NCBI RefSeq assembly: GCF_009914755.1
Contig: NC_060938.1
Source: the human T2T-CHM13v2.0 reference genome, Homo sapiens
Length of the DNA: 64,000 nt
Strand: one strand, 5' to 3'
The notes under the pieces are model-generated. The model worked only from the letters and a program-made list of their open reading frames with translations, made no database searches and was not told where the DNA came from. Of the stretch, positions 35,481-58,006 are shown piece by piece. Position 1 is the stretch's first letter. Every line of letters starts with the position of its first letter. Both the position numbers and the translations under genes were made by a program.

Positions 35481-37761
35481 CTAGAATATGCATCATCCCT
35501 GATGTGGTAAGCTTCAGGGTCAGCACAAGAGTCCCTCGTCTTGTCTCTGGGCAGTGAGCCTCAGTCCATCCTTAGTGCCAGCAGGACCCACCTGGTGGCA
35601 CTAAGCTCCAGTGAAATCTAAGCTTTCTCCCTGCAGGCCTTACACATAGATATTGCTGGCAGTGATTCAAATGGCTGCCATTGGGATGCTCCAGGAGGTC
35701 CCCTTGGTTATAAAATATCATTCCGATTACCAAGAAGCAACAGAACATACTGGTTAAAAGCATGTGCTGTACAGCCAGACTAAGGGAATCCAAGCTGACT
35801 TTGCTCAACACTGGCTGTGTGACTATGGGCATATAATTGCTTAAAGTTTATGCCTCAATTTTATCATCTGTAAAATGGAAACAATAACAGTACCTACCGC
35901 ACAGAGAATCTTGTGAGAATCAAGTGCTTAAAATAGTAGCCTGCACAGTGTAAGTGCTTAGTACACACTGGCTATCATTACCCCTGCAATCCCAGCATTA
36001 GCAAATTGTTCCTTTCTGCTATGCATTTGCTCACCCTGCAGGTTCTCTGGAAATAAGCAGATGTTCCTAGGAAGCACACTCTGCCTACTGTACAATTTTG
36101 CTGAGGATTCAGGAGTACTCTGAGGTCCACTAGGGCATCCCTCTAGGTTATCCAAGGATGGAAGAAAGCTGATGAGGTAGGAGAGTGCCTAGAAGCTTGC
36201 CATACTCTTCATCCTCACTTCCCCATGCACAGTGAGAGCCAGGATGGGCCAGCCTACCTGTTTAGCACCTCTGTGTATTGATGTATGTCCAAAGAGGAGA
36301 ACAGACATTTACAAACCCAAGCCTGAAGCTAGGCTCCATGCAGTTGTCAACAGGGCCAGAGGACCAGGAAGGGAGAGTGGGGACATTTGGTGAGGCTTCT
36401 CAAGGAAAGTCATTAGTTGAGGATGAAGTGATGCTAAGGCATATCCACCTCTATCCTTCCTGCTCCAACACTACCCCTACAGTGAGCCCATCAGCACTCT
36501 CCCAGGTTAGGCTTGTCCCAGACCCTCTTCCTTATTCCTGTGTGGCCATAGCAGAAGATGGCTGTATAGTCCAGAATTCCTGCCAAGTACCACCACACCC
36601 TGTAGTACCAGAGTCCCCCTGAACAGTGGTTCTCCCACAACCTCTCCTACTTGGTCCTGCTGAAGATGCTATCATAGAATTTGGGCATCACCAGGACAGA
36701 AGCACACCCTCTTTTGCCCTAGAAAGATACACAAATTTTAAAGCATTCTGTCATTTTACCCTCATTTAAGAAGTCTTAAAATAAAATTTCCAAAATTATT
36801 ATCAGATGTCAATTTTATTGCCAAACAAGGTAAATGGGTAAACAAGTAAATCCCTACCTCCCCCAGCCCCCACAACCCCAGGACTACTGCTTATTACCAG
36901 GGGAACCATTTTTCCAGAGCCCCTCATTTGGAATGGTTGGAAGATTGCCACGCAACAAGGACTACCCCCAAAAGGGCTACCATTCAAGTCTGGTGTCCAC
37001 CAGGACCACCTGGCTTAAGCTCGATCTACCCCATTCCTTCCTTTACCATCTTCTCTAATTTAGGATAACAGTATCCACAAATTAAGTGCTACTGCTTTCC
37101 AAGAACTAAATGATTTAACAGCTCCCTACCAGATAGGATCTATTGTCTCCATTTCACAGAAGACAAGAGGAACAAGTTGAGAATAGCTTGAATAAGTCAA
37201 GACACTTGCTCCTTTGCCAAACTCTTTGCCTTAAGTTGTGATAACCACAGGGAATAGATTTTCAGAATTTGATGGACGTCAGTCATTTTGTTATACTATG
37301 TTCCCGAATGCTGGCATTTTGGTATCTAAATTCTATCTCCCAGTAAATCTCTGACACCCAGTGAGAGAATGCACTGGGAAGGAGAAGTGTAGTGGCAGCA
37401 TGAAAACCCTTCGTCAACATGAGGCTCGATGATGGATTTGGGAGATGCAGACACCATGCTCACAAGCCACAGCCTAAAGCAGCCTTGGGGCTGGAGGCAG
37501 GTGGGAGCAATGGAACCTTACAAGGGGCAGCTCAGCCTTCCCAGAACTTAGCTCTCCTTGGAAGAATAAGATGGCTATAGTTCCTCCCTTTGCAAGAACA
37601 CTGATGCTGGAAGCAGTAAGGGTGGGCGTGCGCATGTGTATGTGCATGCACGCTTGCACATGTGTGCTCAAACACAGAAGATATGGATCATTCACAAGAA
37701 AGTCCTGTGAACTGTGTAAGTGTCTGACACAAAAATATGCTATCAGTACTGTACTAATGGA

Positions 37762-38060
<299 letters not shown>

Positions 38061-40364
38061 AAAAATTGTACTAGTGGAGAGGAAGAAAGGCAAGAACACT
38101 TCAAAATGACAGCTAATTTAAAAATCACTTTGGACTAGGTTTTTATGCTCATTTGAGACATGACTGTATTTGATGAATTGGGAAGTAATAACACTGCAAA
38201 TGATCACATTATCAGCGTTTCTCTGAAAGAAACCATCCCACATTCCATATCCTAACATCTGCTACAGTAAAAAGATAGACAGATAGAGGAAGAGAGACAG
38301 AGACAGAGGGAGACAGAGCGAGAGAGATGAATCACCTTCAAGGGTATTGCCTGTCATGACTTTAAGAGAGGCAGCATTGAAAACGGCAAGAACTCTACCC
38401 TCTGTCCCAGCCCTGACCTATTGGAAACCAAAGCAGCACCAGGGATAGTAGTGAAGGGCTGGGGGCTTGTTGGGAAGATCCATGGGGTTGGGAGGAGATG
38501 CATGTAGAGAGAGATGCCAGGGAGCTCTGTGTAACAGAGCACATATGAACTGATGAACTGCTCTTGTCTAAAGACACACATAACCAAAGCATATGATGAG
38601 GTGTAATATTCAGGTGCTATGCCAGACACCTGAGGCCTCAGCAACATTTCCAGAACTGAGAGTTTTCTGCTTCTGGGTCCCTGAAAGCCCCTTTGCAGGC
38701 TGTGTGAAGAAATACCAAGTTTCCTCATGTTCCTCTGCCAAATGTTTCACTGGATGAAGATGTGGTCATACAGCAGAGAAAAGGCAAGCCTACATAGCAA
38801 TCTTTGGGCTCAATTACCTGGAAGGCTTAAGAAGTGAGATATTCTGGTTTACTAAATCTCTTTATGGATTCAGTATTAACCAGAAATTTCTTTTTGTTGA
38901 GACTTTTAAACTGGAAATGGTCCTGCAATTTTGACTTTCTTGTCTCAGTAAGAACAGTCAGATGAGGAGCTGGCACCAAATGACGTTTGGTGAATTAGGA
39001 CTCTGCACAGCCTGAGGGTCGGTTCTCTAGGTCGAAGATCATTATTTATGCTGCCTCTCTTAAAGGCATGACAGGTAATGCCCTTGAAGGTGATTCATCT
39101 CTCTCTCTCAGTTTATCTCTTTGTTTACTGAAATTTAAAGCTGATTAAGGGCATAGCATGAATTTGACCTGATTAATCAAGGCTTCTCCAAGAAAGAGAG
39201 CAACAGTGACTAAATGATGATTGAATGGTGGATGACTTGTCCTTAGGAGGCTGACAGTGTTTGAAGTTAGTGCCTTGAGGGACCATCAGGTCTGCCTGCA
39301 GATGGATACTCAGGTGAGAAGGTTGTTAAGCCCCCAACATGGAAACAAAGATGTCGTCTGCTCATGACATTGTACATACGTGATCTCCAGGGTCAATGAT
39401 TGGAGAGGCTGTTTCTCCAGCACCAAGGGCAGTGCCTGACACATAGCAGCGGCTCACTGAAAATGTGTTGAATGAATGGAGTCCTGCCTAGCTGGTCTAT
39501 ACACATTTCCTCTGGTCACCATTCATTTGTCCATCCATCCCTCTGTCCTTCTCGCCATCCAGTATCTACGTGCTTACCATATGTGAGATGTAAAACCATT
39601 GGCTGTAGGGGATTCTATGCTAAACAAGATACAGCCCTTTATTTAGAGTCACCTCTATTTCAATGGACTTTGTAAAGGTGAAGAAATGATAAGTGATGGA
39701 TTTTACAGAATAGTCTGAACACAGACTGCATTCTCATATATCTTCACTATCCTACAGGGTCTTTGCCTTTAGCAAATCCCGGTTACTACCCTCATTGGAG
39801 AGTCACAGTCTGCATGCTTCCAAAAAGAATCTTCCACCATCCTGTCTAGATAGGGTTGTAGGCATTGGGTCACTGCCTGAGCAGGACACTAAACTAAGCT
39901 TCACTGATGATTTAATCTGAAATCGTTTTGTCCTTCTTGCTTCCATGGTAATGAACTAAACCTAAGCTTCTTCCAATGCCTCCCATACCTCCTCACTTCA
40001 TTTCACAGTCTCTGTTTTGTAGAACAAGGGGATGCTCCAAGAGGACAAATGTGAAGGTCTGTGGTCACTTCAAGGCTGCAATCCCCTGGGTGGTAAGAAC
40101 ACATCCACCATGGTGCTCTAAAGAAAATTCTGGGCACTTGTTAGAATATCATTTAGGGACAATTCCACCCAAAAGAATATACATCAGGAGCCATTTTTCC
40201 ACCCACTATCCTTGTTCCACCTCCAACATTCTCTTGCTGCATTTCAGAATAGGAAACAACCTCTTCTCTCTGGCATTGCTTCAAGAAAAGGATATAAACA
40301 AGGGGCCCGACAACGATTCTGGAAATTGCTTCTCCTCAGAAAGCAATATGGATATTTATCCTAG

Positions 40365-40676
<312 letters not shown>

Positions 40677-41550
40677 TGAGATTCAGGCCTGGGCCTTTGC
40701 AACACATGATACCATAATTTGTGCTTTTCAAGACTACTCCTTTCTGCACCAGGTCATGACAGTACATCACACTCTGTAACCACGGTACAGTTACCTGACC
40801 CTACCTGTTTATAGCAATTGCACCTTTGGTTCCAGAGTTGTAGAAGTGGGGAACCCATCTGGATTCTGATTCATTCTCACAGTGCTTGTGTGACAGACAG
40901 GGCAGAAATCATGATCCCCCATTCTACAGGTTGGGGAAACCAAGGCACAGAGAAGCAATCAACCCAAAGTCACTCAGTAAGCCAGAAAACAAACTAGGTA
41001 AAGGTCCAGGCAAGACCACCTATGTTCCTTTCAGTGCCTTATCTGAAAAATCAGATTGTCTCCTCCAATGAATGCACATACTTTGGAAGTAAGTAGTTTT
41101 AAAGCGGAATTTTCTATGGTTTCAAAAGCCCTTTACCAACTCAAGAACCACAAGGTAAGAACCAGAATCACATTAACCTTTTAGTTAAATGCTTCTGACT
41201 CATGGATAATACCAATTATTTCAACTCACTGACAACCTGGTTATCAACAAGAAGAAAATTTAAGGAAAAAATTCACCCATTCAATAAAAAAACCTCGGTA
41301 AACAGCTCCTTTCCTTGTTTCATGATATCTTGAGCCTAACACCCAAGCACTGCTTCCTTCTACAGAATACACCTTTTATATTTGTTGGCATGTGATGGAG
41401 TGGGGGTGAAGGGTTGACAAAGTGTGTGTGTATGGATGTGTGTGTAATAATCAGCCATTTCAGGGACAATTTTACCCAGCAGAATATATATGAAATATGT
41501 TTAATGTAGCAGTTCTCTACCCTGTTTCCATTTTTTTTTTTTGGTAACAT

Positions 41551-41556
41551 TTTATT
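41551..41556 (-). terminator. Polyadenylation signal (AATAAA) of CCDC177; 3' UTR ~41530-43169
   Basis: tttatt on the + strand, about 1.6 kb past the stop. The adjacent A12 run on the - strand could also cause internal priming. Confidence 0.65.
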
Positions 41557-43169
41557 CCTGATCCTGGTTTAATGTAAAAAGTGATGTTTTACTTCCCACC
41601 TTCCTTGATGAAGGCAGAGTCAATGGGTGGATATGGCCGTGGGGCAATTTCAGCTTAATGGAAGGGAAGCACTCTAAGGGTTAAAGTTGCCTGATGACAA
41701 CTGAATGTGACCTTTTGGACCACAGAGTGACCTGGTATTGCAAGTATTTCACCCCAGAGGCTAAATGACCATCTGTCCACGAGGCACTGCCCTTTCCAAC
41801 ACTAGGGAGCCATATTCCCAGAAAGAAACTAGGCTGACAGCAATCCTCCTGCCTCCCCCTCCAGGTCAAGAAAGGCACAAAAAGGACCAACAAATAATAC
41901 TGACATGGTGCTTTGGATCCAGGAGGCCTTGCGGTACCAGGAGAGGAATACTGATGGTTCCATCTGGCGAATGGGAAAGGTGAGGCATTGAGAGGGTGAA
42001 ATGCTTTCAGGCATAGGTGAGGGGGTACCAGGAAATTTAAGGGGGAGACTCTTTTTCCTGGGGGCAGGTGGAGAAGGTACACGACCACTGATAGTGAACA
42101 CAACTCTCAACAAAGGCAATTCCAGCTCTTCGGCCACCACAGTAAAGCAGCCAAGGATACCCTAATTGTCCTCAGAGAAGTAGAGATGATTCCTTCACAG
42201 AGGGAATCCTACACTCCAAACTCTCTGGGGCCCACCCTTGAGACGGCATGCAGGGCTGGAGATTTAGGCAGGAACAGCCTGGGCAGGCACGTAAGGTAGC
42301 TCTGCTTCTTAAGGCATGACTGCTGTCTTCATGGAGTGGGCCCCACCCTGCAAGGAAGCTTAATGGAATGGAACACTGCTCCCAAAGGAATCCAGCCCCT
42401 CCAGGGGCTGGGGGTTTCTATTAAAGCTAAACAGCATCACCAAACCAACCAATTTCCTGTGCCACTTGGTAGAATGAGGGAGGGGGCAAAGGACAAAAAT
42501 TGAACATTATCTGCAGATGACTGTCTAACTAGAAAACCCAAGGGACTAAACTGGAAAACTATCATAACTGGTGAGAATTTGCTCAGGTGGCCGATTAAAA
42601 GGTCTAAAAAATCAACTGCTTTTTGGATCATTTGGGCGTGGCTTGACACCTTGGAGGAGCTGTGTTTCTCTGGGAGGCCTCCGCGATTTGTGCAGCTTGC
42701 CATATTTTGAAAGATGGAGGTGAGCCAGGGTGATGTTCCCTCAGCAGTAGCAACACTGTCTCAGACACCAATGTCGAACAGGTGCCTGGGGCAACTGCTG
42801 CAGAAGGGGTGGGGACAACCACCTCTGCCCTCTCCTGGGGGGCCCTCTCACCAGTCCTGATCAGCCCCTTTCCCCCAAGCTTCTCTATTCCAGCCCAAGA
42901 GACACATAGGGAAGTTTGGCAAGGGTCGGTGCGGGAGCCATCAAGGGTGGATGTGGGCAGATTGTGCTGTCATCTCCAAATGAAGTAAGTTTTAAAAACA
43001 AAGGGGGCCAGCTGACAGGTCCCAAACGTCTGTACTGTTGTTGCCTCATTGGTCAGAAGCCTCGAGAGGCCACCGCGCTGCGCACCGAGTGGGGACTCCC
43101 ACGATGGTCAGTGGTTGAGGGAGGCCCCAGGGGGCTGTGCGTGCCAATCTGGCTGGCAAAGAGCCGCAG

Positions 43170-45371
<2,202 letters not shown>

Positions 45372-46206
45372 TCATCCATAGTCACCCCATCCCAACTTAA
45401 TCCGCTTTCGGATTAGGCTCAGAGGCTTTGGTGGAACGTAAATCATAAAACCGATGTCGGAAAGCCCAGGCTGAGCGCCAGAACGGGGATGGGGGTGGGG
45501 CGGACACTCGTGTTCAGAGAGCAGCCTGGGTCTCCCTCAGCCCCGGAATGCGGGGTGGAGGCCTGTGGCGAGGCTCCTCTGGGCGCCTAGCCCGCTAGAT
45601 GCATCCCCTTTCTGCTGCAAGTTAAGATGAAAAGATCCAGGTGCAGGCAGGAGCTAGAGAGGGAGGCGCTGGAGGATTCCCGGGAGGATTAGCGTATTTG
45701 TTTGTAGCTTAGGCGGGCTACTGGGGATGCAGCTTTGCAGGAACAAAAAAGCAAGAGGCCTGTTCATCCCAAGGGACCCCATTTGCCTAAGGGAAGAAGT
45801 TTATGGTTGATTTCCCCTGCCAAAGGAGACTCGGTCGCAAGGCCCCCGGGTGATTAAAGGGCTGGGAGAAGTCCCCAAAGGCCTCTCCGGGAGGGGTGAT
45901 GGATTCTTGCTCCAGCAGCTCTGGCAGGGCTTACTGAGGGCTCTGCACGCCGCCTCCGCCCCCACCTCCACCCCCACCGGGTGTTTGCTGGGGATGGAGA
46001 AGGTGCCTGGATACTCTCAGACGCACCGGATCTCCTCCAAGTCTGAATGTGCTAAAGATACCATCCACCCCAGTCGGGGTTCAGATACCCGCCCTCGGGT
46101 GCCCTCCGAGTTCCCCCACAGCATCCCAGTGGGTGGGCTCCTGGAGTGCAAAGAACCTGGCCGCCCAGGTTCCCGCAGCTCCCGGTACCCGAGCCGGTTT
46201 ACTCAC

Positions 46207-46540
46207 CCCGCGTCCTGGGCTTCGGCCCCGCGCCAAGGGCTTTTGTTCGCAGCTCGCCGCTGTCCCCTGCGCTTCTTCAGTCTCTGCGCCGGCGGGGTCG
46301 GGTTACTGCCGGCTGCAACCGTGAAAGGAGCCCCATCTGCCGCCGCCAGCGTCTCTCCATGGGGTCTGCGAACAGGGCGCACGCACCCCAGATGCTACCT
46401 ACACGTGGGAGGGGGAGTGCGACAATGTCTCCCTGAAATAACGCGGCTCTGCACCCTTCCCTCACATTGATTCTTTAAAAAAGAAGCCCGGTTCCGTCGC
46501 TGCGGCATCCCTCTACACCTCTACAACCGTGGAGGTACCG
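46207..46540 (-). other. CCDC177: CCDC177 non-coding first exon (5' end approximate)
   Basis: GGG|gtgagt donor (actcac at 46201-46206 on +) inside a CpG island; pairs with the acceptor at 45316. Confidence 0.6.
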
Positions 46541-46560
46541 CAGGTCCCACGCTGCCCCCT

Positions 46561-46574
46561 GCGCCTCCTGGCGG
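46561..46574 (-). promoter_or_regulatory. CTCF motif CCGCCAGGAGGCGC at the CCDC177 promoter
   Basis: Strong consensus match; a weaker overlapping match GCGCAGGGGGCAGC at 46551-46564. Confidence 0.55.
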
Positions 46575-46907
46575 ACACTCGAGGGTGCTGGTTTGTTTGC
46601 TTCGAGGACGAAGGAGAAATTTTTGTTTAAATGTATATATGTACATATATACACACATATAATATGTATATATATACACTACACACATACAGGTAGATGT
46701 AGGTATAGATATGGATAGATATCGATATATAAATCACCAAGAAACCCTAGTCTTTCAGCAGCCTAACTGGGTAGAATGAAGGAATTGCTCAGCTTGTTTC
46801 TAAAGGAAACCCTGAGGAGCAAACAAACTTGATAGCGAATAATTGGGTGGAAATATGGCGCCTGATGCAAATTGTGATTTTTTTTTTTTCAATGAAAAAC
46901 TAAAAAC

Positions 46908-47790
<883 letters not shown>

Positions 47791-48923
47791 TTAAATTTTA
47801 AAAAATAACCTTGACATTGTCAGGTAGACTGTGAGGAGAAAGTGAAGGGTTTTAAGTGGGGAAATGACATGATTTGGTTTTTATTTTAGGAACATAACTC
47901 TGGCAACAGTGAAGTGGAGGCTTTACAAAGGCCAGGGCCAAGAGGAGGCAGGAAGCCCAGTTAGCTGGACACTGTGGTCACCCCAGGCAGGAAGGATTGG
48001 GGCCAGAGAGGAACAGTGGCAGGAGGAATACAGCACATAGTGATGGGGAGGGCCAGGGAAGGATGGTTTCCTTTTCGGACCTCTTGATTGAGGTGGAGCT
48101 GCTCAGCAGGTGGCTGATAAGTTGTGTCAGAGATCTGGACTGGAGCTAGAATTAGGACATCGTGACCCTATACCTGGTTCCTAAAACCAACAGTGTGAGT
48201 GAGATCACTCAGGGAGGGCAGGTGGAGCAATGAGAGAGGCTGGCAGGGCATGGATAGGGCTGCTAAGGGAAAAGGAGTGCACGAAGGGGACCAACAAGGA
48301 GTGCAACAAGGACAGACAGCAAAGTGTGGTCTTGTGTGAGCTACCAGTGGGGCACTGCAGAAGGAGAGTGTGCCCCTTGTGTTAAGGGCTGCAGAGGTCC
48401 AGGAGGTTTCACCTGGAGTCAAATACCCACTGAAACTGGCAGTTATGAGTCTTGGGTGACATTGGCAAAAACAGCTTAGTATTGCACTAGGGCAGATGCC
48501 AAGTGCAGGAAGCTGAGGTGCAATGGGAGGTGAGAATTACTGATGCTTTTGACATTCAGGTAGTAGTTTTAAGAACACGAAGCCTTTGGAATTTTACCCT
48601 ACTTACATACTAACAGGTGAGCCTGCCACTGTTCTGTATATGCTGGCAGAAGACAGGAGACTCCAGGGTCAGAAACCACTGACTTTGTTACTCATGGCAC
48701 AGCAGGCAGCATGAGATCATGCTTTTGTTGGCTCCCCTTGCTCCATGTGTCCCATGGGTCATAGACAGGTAGTGAATTAGGTAGAGATTAGTAAACCCTA
48801 AACTTCTCAACAGGGCTACTAGCAAACCTGCTCAACCATTGCCCCAGTGACAGCATTATCTTTATTATCCTGGACTGCAAACAAATCTCCCCGCTTCCCT
48901 GGAGGGAGATTCTATCTCTATCA

Positions 48924-49953
<1,030 letters not shown>

Positions 49954-50344
49954 TCACAAAGCTAGTACAGGTGGGGCTGGGATTTGGACCTGGCTCTGTC
50001 TGATTCTGAAGTGGATCACATGCATTGTATTAATATTTCCACACCAAACTGAGTGTCTGTAGACATGTAGATTCAGATGGAGATGAGTAGGGTGGGCAAG
50101 TTGGCCTCTCCAAACCTCATTTTCCCCCCTTGCATAGAATCTTATTAAATTGCCTCCCTCAATGGCTAATCATGGCTGTGGAAAAACTATGTAGATGTTA
50201 ACTTTATCCTTCAGTTTTCACATTTGTTAAATAGGGACAATAATGCCTACCTTCCAAGAGTGTTAGCAGAACTGGAACAGCTATATGCAAAGTACCTAGA
50301 CCAGCACATTGTCAGTAAGCAGTGATACAATGGTTACCATTTCT

Positions 50345-50645
<301 letters not shown>

Positions 50646-51634
50646 GGTTACCATTTATTTTGATAAACCTTATCTTACAGACATGGTGAGAATCAACATC
50701 TGCAGTATTTGCAAGTTCTTAAGGGGAAGCCCGACAAATGTTCTACCTTTGATTAAAGAATGATTCTGCATCTGGGAAGGTCATGCAAGGAGAGGGCAGG
50801 AGAAGGGGGCCTTGAAATAGGACACCGACATATCCAGCCACTTTGCTGGAACTGACTTGGTAGTCAATGCGGTGCCATCGAATTGTCAGGTATCTCCCAC
50901 TTCTCATCTTTAAGTGCCTTGGACATTTCAGGAGATGGATTTCACTTCAGGTTGGGAGCTCTAGACTGCTGTAATTTAAGAGTGTTAAATCCAATTTTAT
51001 TATAGTACCCAGTAAAGACAGCAGCCCAATTTGGGAACACTCACCTGCTTCTTATGAGTGGGGATAGTGGATATGATGGTAAAAAATGTGGGCTTGGGAG
51101 GCAAAAAGATGGGGCTGGGTGCAGTCACTGGCACCTGTAATCCCAACACTGTGGGAGTCTGAGGTGAGAGGATCACTTGAGCCCAGAAGTTTGAGATTGT
51201 GGTGAGCTAGGATTGCAACCACTGCACTCTAGCCTGGGCGACAGAGTGAGATCCTGTCTCATTAAAAGAAAAAAAAAAAGGCAGATGGGTAGTTCTAATT
51301 TCAGCTCCTCCAGGCTGTGTGATTTTAGGCAAGTTTCTTAACCTCTCTGAGCCTCAACTTCGTCTTTCAAAAAGGAAGGCACAATATGGACTGTTATTTT
51401 GCCTTACACAGACCCTTACAGATAATAACAATTAGGTACACCATTAGGTCCTTTAATATTACTAGCTCACTAATCTAGACAAATACAGTGTAGACATTAT
51501 CATCTCCATTTAAATTCCTTTTGCACAGCCCCCACCACCCACTTCAGCTCAGTGTACTCACGCTCATCCATTCTCCTTCCTCTCAGTAGAGTCGAATTTG
51601 CAGAACAGAGGTTTTTTCACTCTAAAGTTCTACA

Positions 51635-51857
51635 TCAGGAGTTGATAAACTATGATCTGTGGGCCAGATCCACTGCTTGGTTTTTGTAAATCAAGTTTTA
51701 CTGGAACACAGTCATGCTTATTTGTTTGTATAGTATCTGTACTGCTTTTGCACCACAATGGCTGACTTGAGTAGTTTGGACAGACACTGTCTGACTCAAC
51801 AAAGCTTGACGTATTTACTATCGGGCTCTGTGCAGAAACACTTTGCCAACCCCTGTC
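51635..51857 (+). mobile_element. MER58A-like hAT DNA transposon
   Basis: Termini caggagttgataaac ... tttgccaacccctg and internal 'gtttttgtaaatcaagttttactggaacacag'. Confidence 0.75.
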
Positions 51858-53590
51858 CTAATGACTGATAACAGCTTGGGCCAGTCATCAATGTATTGCC
51901 TCATAGCTCCAAGTTCACCCTACAGTACCTTCTCTGGGGTGATGTGCTGTAAGCGTTTGCTGTAAGCGTTTTCTGCCTGACAGTGAGCCCAATATGAAGG
52001 CTTGCCAGTAGGGGGAACCAGGGCAATGTTGCAGGAGGAAGGGGGTTACTCTTCCCAATCCTGTGTGCGGTGCTATTTGCTTTTTCTTGCCCCTGCTGTG
52101 TGGTTAGTGGTGGTACAGCTGTGTGGGAATGTCTGTGGTACTCTGCTCCAGTTGCATCTCCATAACAGCCCCTTGGTGACCTTGTAGCCCCGGCCCAGGC
52201 CTGGTGACCACCTTCCAGTGCCTTCCTGAGGTGGACACCAGGTGTTCCAGGCCTCATACCCGTAGTGGCACTCTGGCTCCCTCCCACCAGCCTCAGCTTA
52301 CCTATAATTTCCTGCTTGCTCAACAGCTGTGGAGTGGCTCTGCCCTGGGCAGACTTCTGTGTCACCCAATGGGCTGTAACAATACCTCCTCTAAGGAGGT
52401 CTGAACTCCAATCTTTTTTTTTTTTTTTTGTAGAGACAAGGTCTTGAACTCCTGGCCTCTGGTGATCCTCCTGCCTCAGCCTCCCAAAATGCTGGGATAA
52501 CTGGCATGAGCCACTGCACCCAGCTCCCCAGTCTTGAGGAGGGAACTCTCCTTCCAAGTTGTCCTTCCTTGAATACTCTCCTTCAGCCTTGGGGAACCGT
52601 TAGCTTCATACCTCTTTGTGTTAGGCTTCTCTGTTTAAATTGCTATGTGGTTTCTGTATCTTGATTGGACCCAGAACTATATACAGCTTAATGTGTAATC
52701 ATTCCCAATTTCTGAGACTAAAGCCTTAAGAAGAAATTTAGGACACAAACCAGCAGGTAAAAGGTAATAGTTGTTAAAAGTAAAGTGTTTTATTTCATAC
52801 TTTAATGAAGTAATATATGTTCATCAAAAGAGGAAATGAAAAAGTACAGGAAAAGGAAGGAAAAAAAATCACGTGTAGAAAAATCATTGCTGAAAGACCA
52901 CCACTGTTACATTTTGGTGTGTAGGTGGCAGGGACTTGCAAGCTGCAGGACAGGTTCTTGTCTGTTTCTGCTCTCAATTGCTTAGGGTCCAGTATGTGGT
53001 AGCCCTCCTGCTGGATGCATCGAGAGGAAATGAGATCTAAGTAGTGCTACTTTGCCCACTCTGTGTACCATAAAACTACCTAAAGTACCCTGAGCCATTA
53101 AGCTGCTTTGGTGAATCTTCAGAGTTAGGCTTCTTAAGCAGGTGATGCTCATGTTTAAGAACTGTCTCGTGGGACAGGAGAGGCCCAGCCTGCCCTTAAC
53201 TGTGAAGCTGCGTCACTGCGGAGATGTAGAGGGAGCCTTATGATTAATCCAATGGGCTTTTCTCTCACTCTGTGAAGGGCTGCACCTCATTCCATCCACC
53301 AGCCTTTTGTATGATATTGCAGAAGCGTCCTCCTTCCTGAGTATGACCAGGAACCAGGGGTGCTGCCCCATGGGCATCTCCTCTGTGAAATGCTTGTGCT
53401 TGAAAGAACAGGCTGGTGCTCAGGAGCCAGGCTTGTTTCCAGTCTCTGCCTCTCCTGCTGGGCCATCTGCCTCTGGCATAAGCCACTTCTCTGCTCAGTT
53501 CCTTTAGGCCCCTTCCATTTCAGAGAGGCTACACTGGCATCACAGCCACTGTTCCCACTGGCCTCTCCCCCGTGCCTCTGCCTGCCAACA

Positions 53591-53592
53591 TG

Positions 53593-53634
<42 letters not shown>

Positions 53635-53641
53635 CACGCAC
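53591..53641. repeat. (CA)n microsatellite
   Basis: Directly visible dinucleotide run with a few CG interruptions. Confidence 0.95.
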
Positions 53642-54121
53642 TGATGTATTTCTTTCTTTTTACATTTTAACTTAATTTTAATTTAATTTTATTTTTTGAG
53701 ACAGAGTCTTGCTCTATTGCCCAGGCTGGAGTGCAGTGGCACGATCATGGCTCACTATGTCCTTAACCCCCACGGCTCAAGTGATCCTCCCACCTCAGTC
53801 TCCCAATAGCTGGGACTAAAGGCATGCACCACCATGCCCACCAATTTTTTAATTTTTTGTAGAGATGAGGTCTCACTATGTTGTCCAGGCTGGTCTCAAA
53901 CTCTCGGGCTCAAGCAATCCTCCCCTCTTGGCCTCCCAAAGTGTTGGGATTATAGGCATGAGCATTGTGCCTAGCCCCCCCTCCTTTTTCTTCTTAATGG
54001 ACAATTCTAATTTAGAACATTATGCACCATTGCCTTCCATGATGCCTTAGACCAGTCATCCCAATATATATATTTAGACATTCAGAGATGAGTCATATTC
54101 TACTTCTGGGAATATGTGTGA

Positions 54122-54496
<375 letters not shown>

Positions 54497-54685
54497 TGAG
54501 TGCCAGTTGGAGCAATAAGACCCAAACACTCAAGAAGTTAAATAATAAGAGTTAAATCCATTATTTTATCTGATAATCAACATAAGAGAGTGGTCACAGG
54601 CAGAATGTGATGAATGCATTACTAAGGAGCTAGACAGCGCTAGGTGGGTCCCTCAGCCTTGCTGAGTCTGATTTCCTTTCTTGAT

Positions 54686-55702
<1,017 letters not shown>

Positions 55703-55837
55703 TCAGGCAAGAGATGGGCATGGCCTGAACTAAGGCAGCAGCAGTGAGGATAGAGAGCATAGGAAAAAAATGTGAATTTATGAGAGAGAATCAACAAAAT
55801 TGGTGAGTGATTAGGTGTGGTATCAAAACTCCTGGGT

Positions 55838-58006
<2,169 letters not shown>

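Noticed and set aside
51945-51970. 13-bp tandem duplication tgctgtaagcgtt
   Set aside because: Ordinary slippage-size duplication with no further structure.
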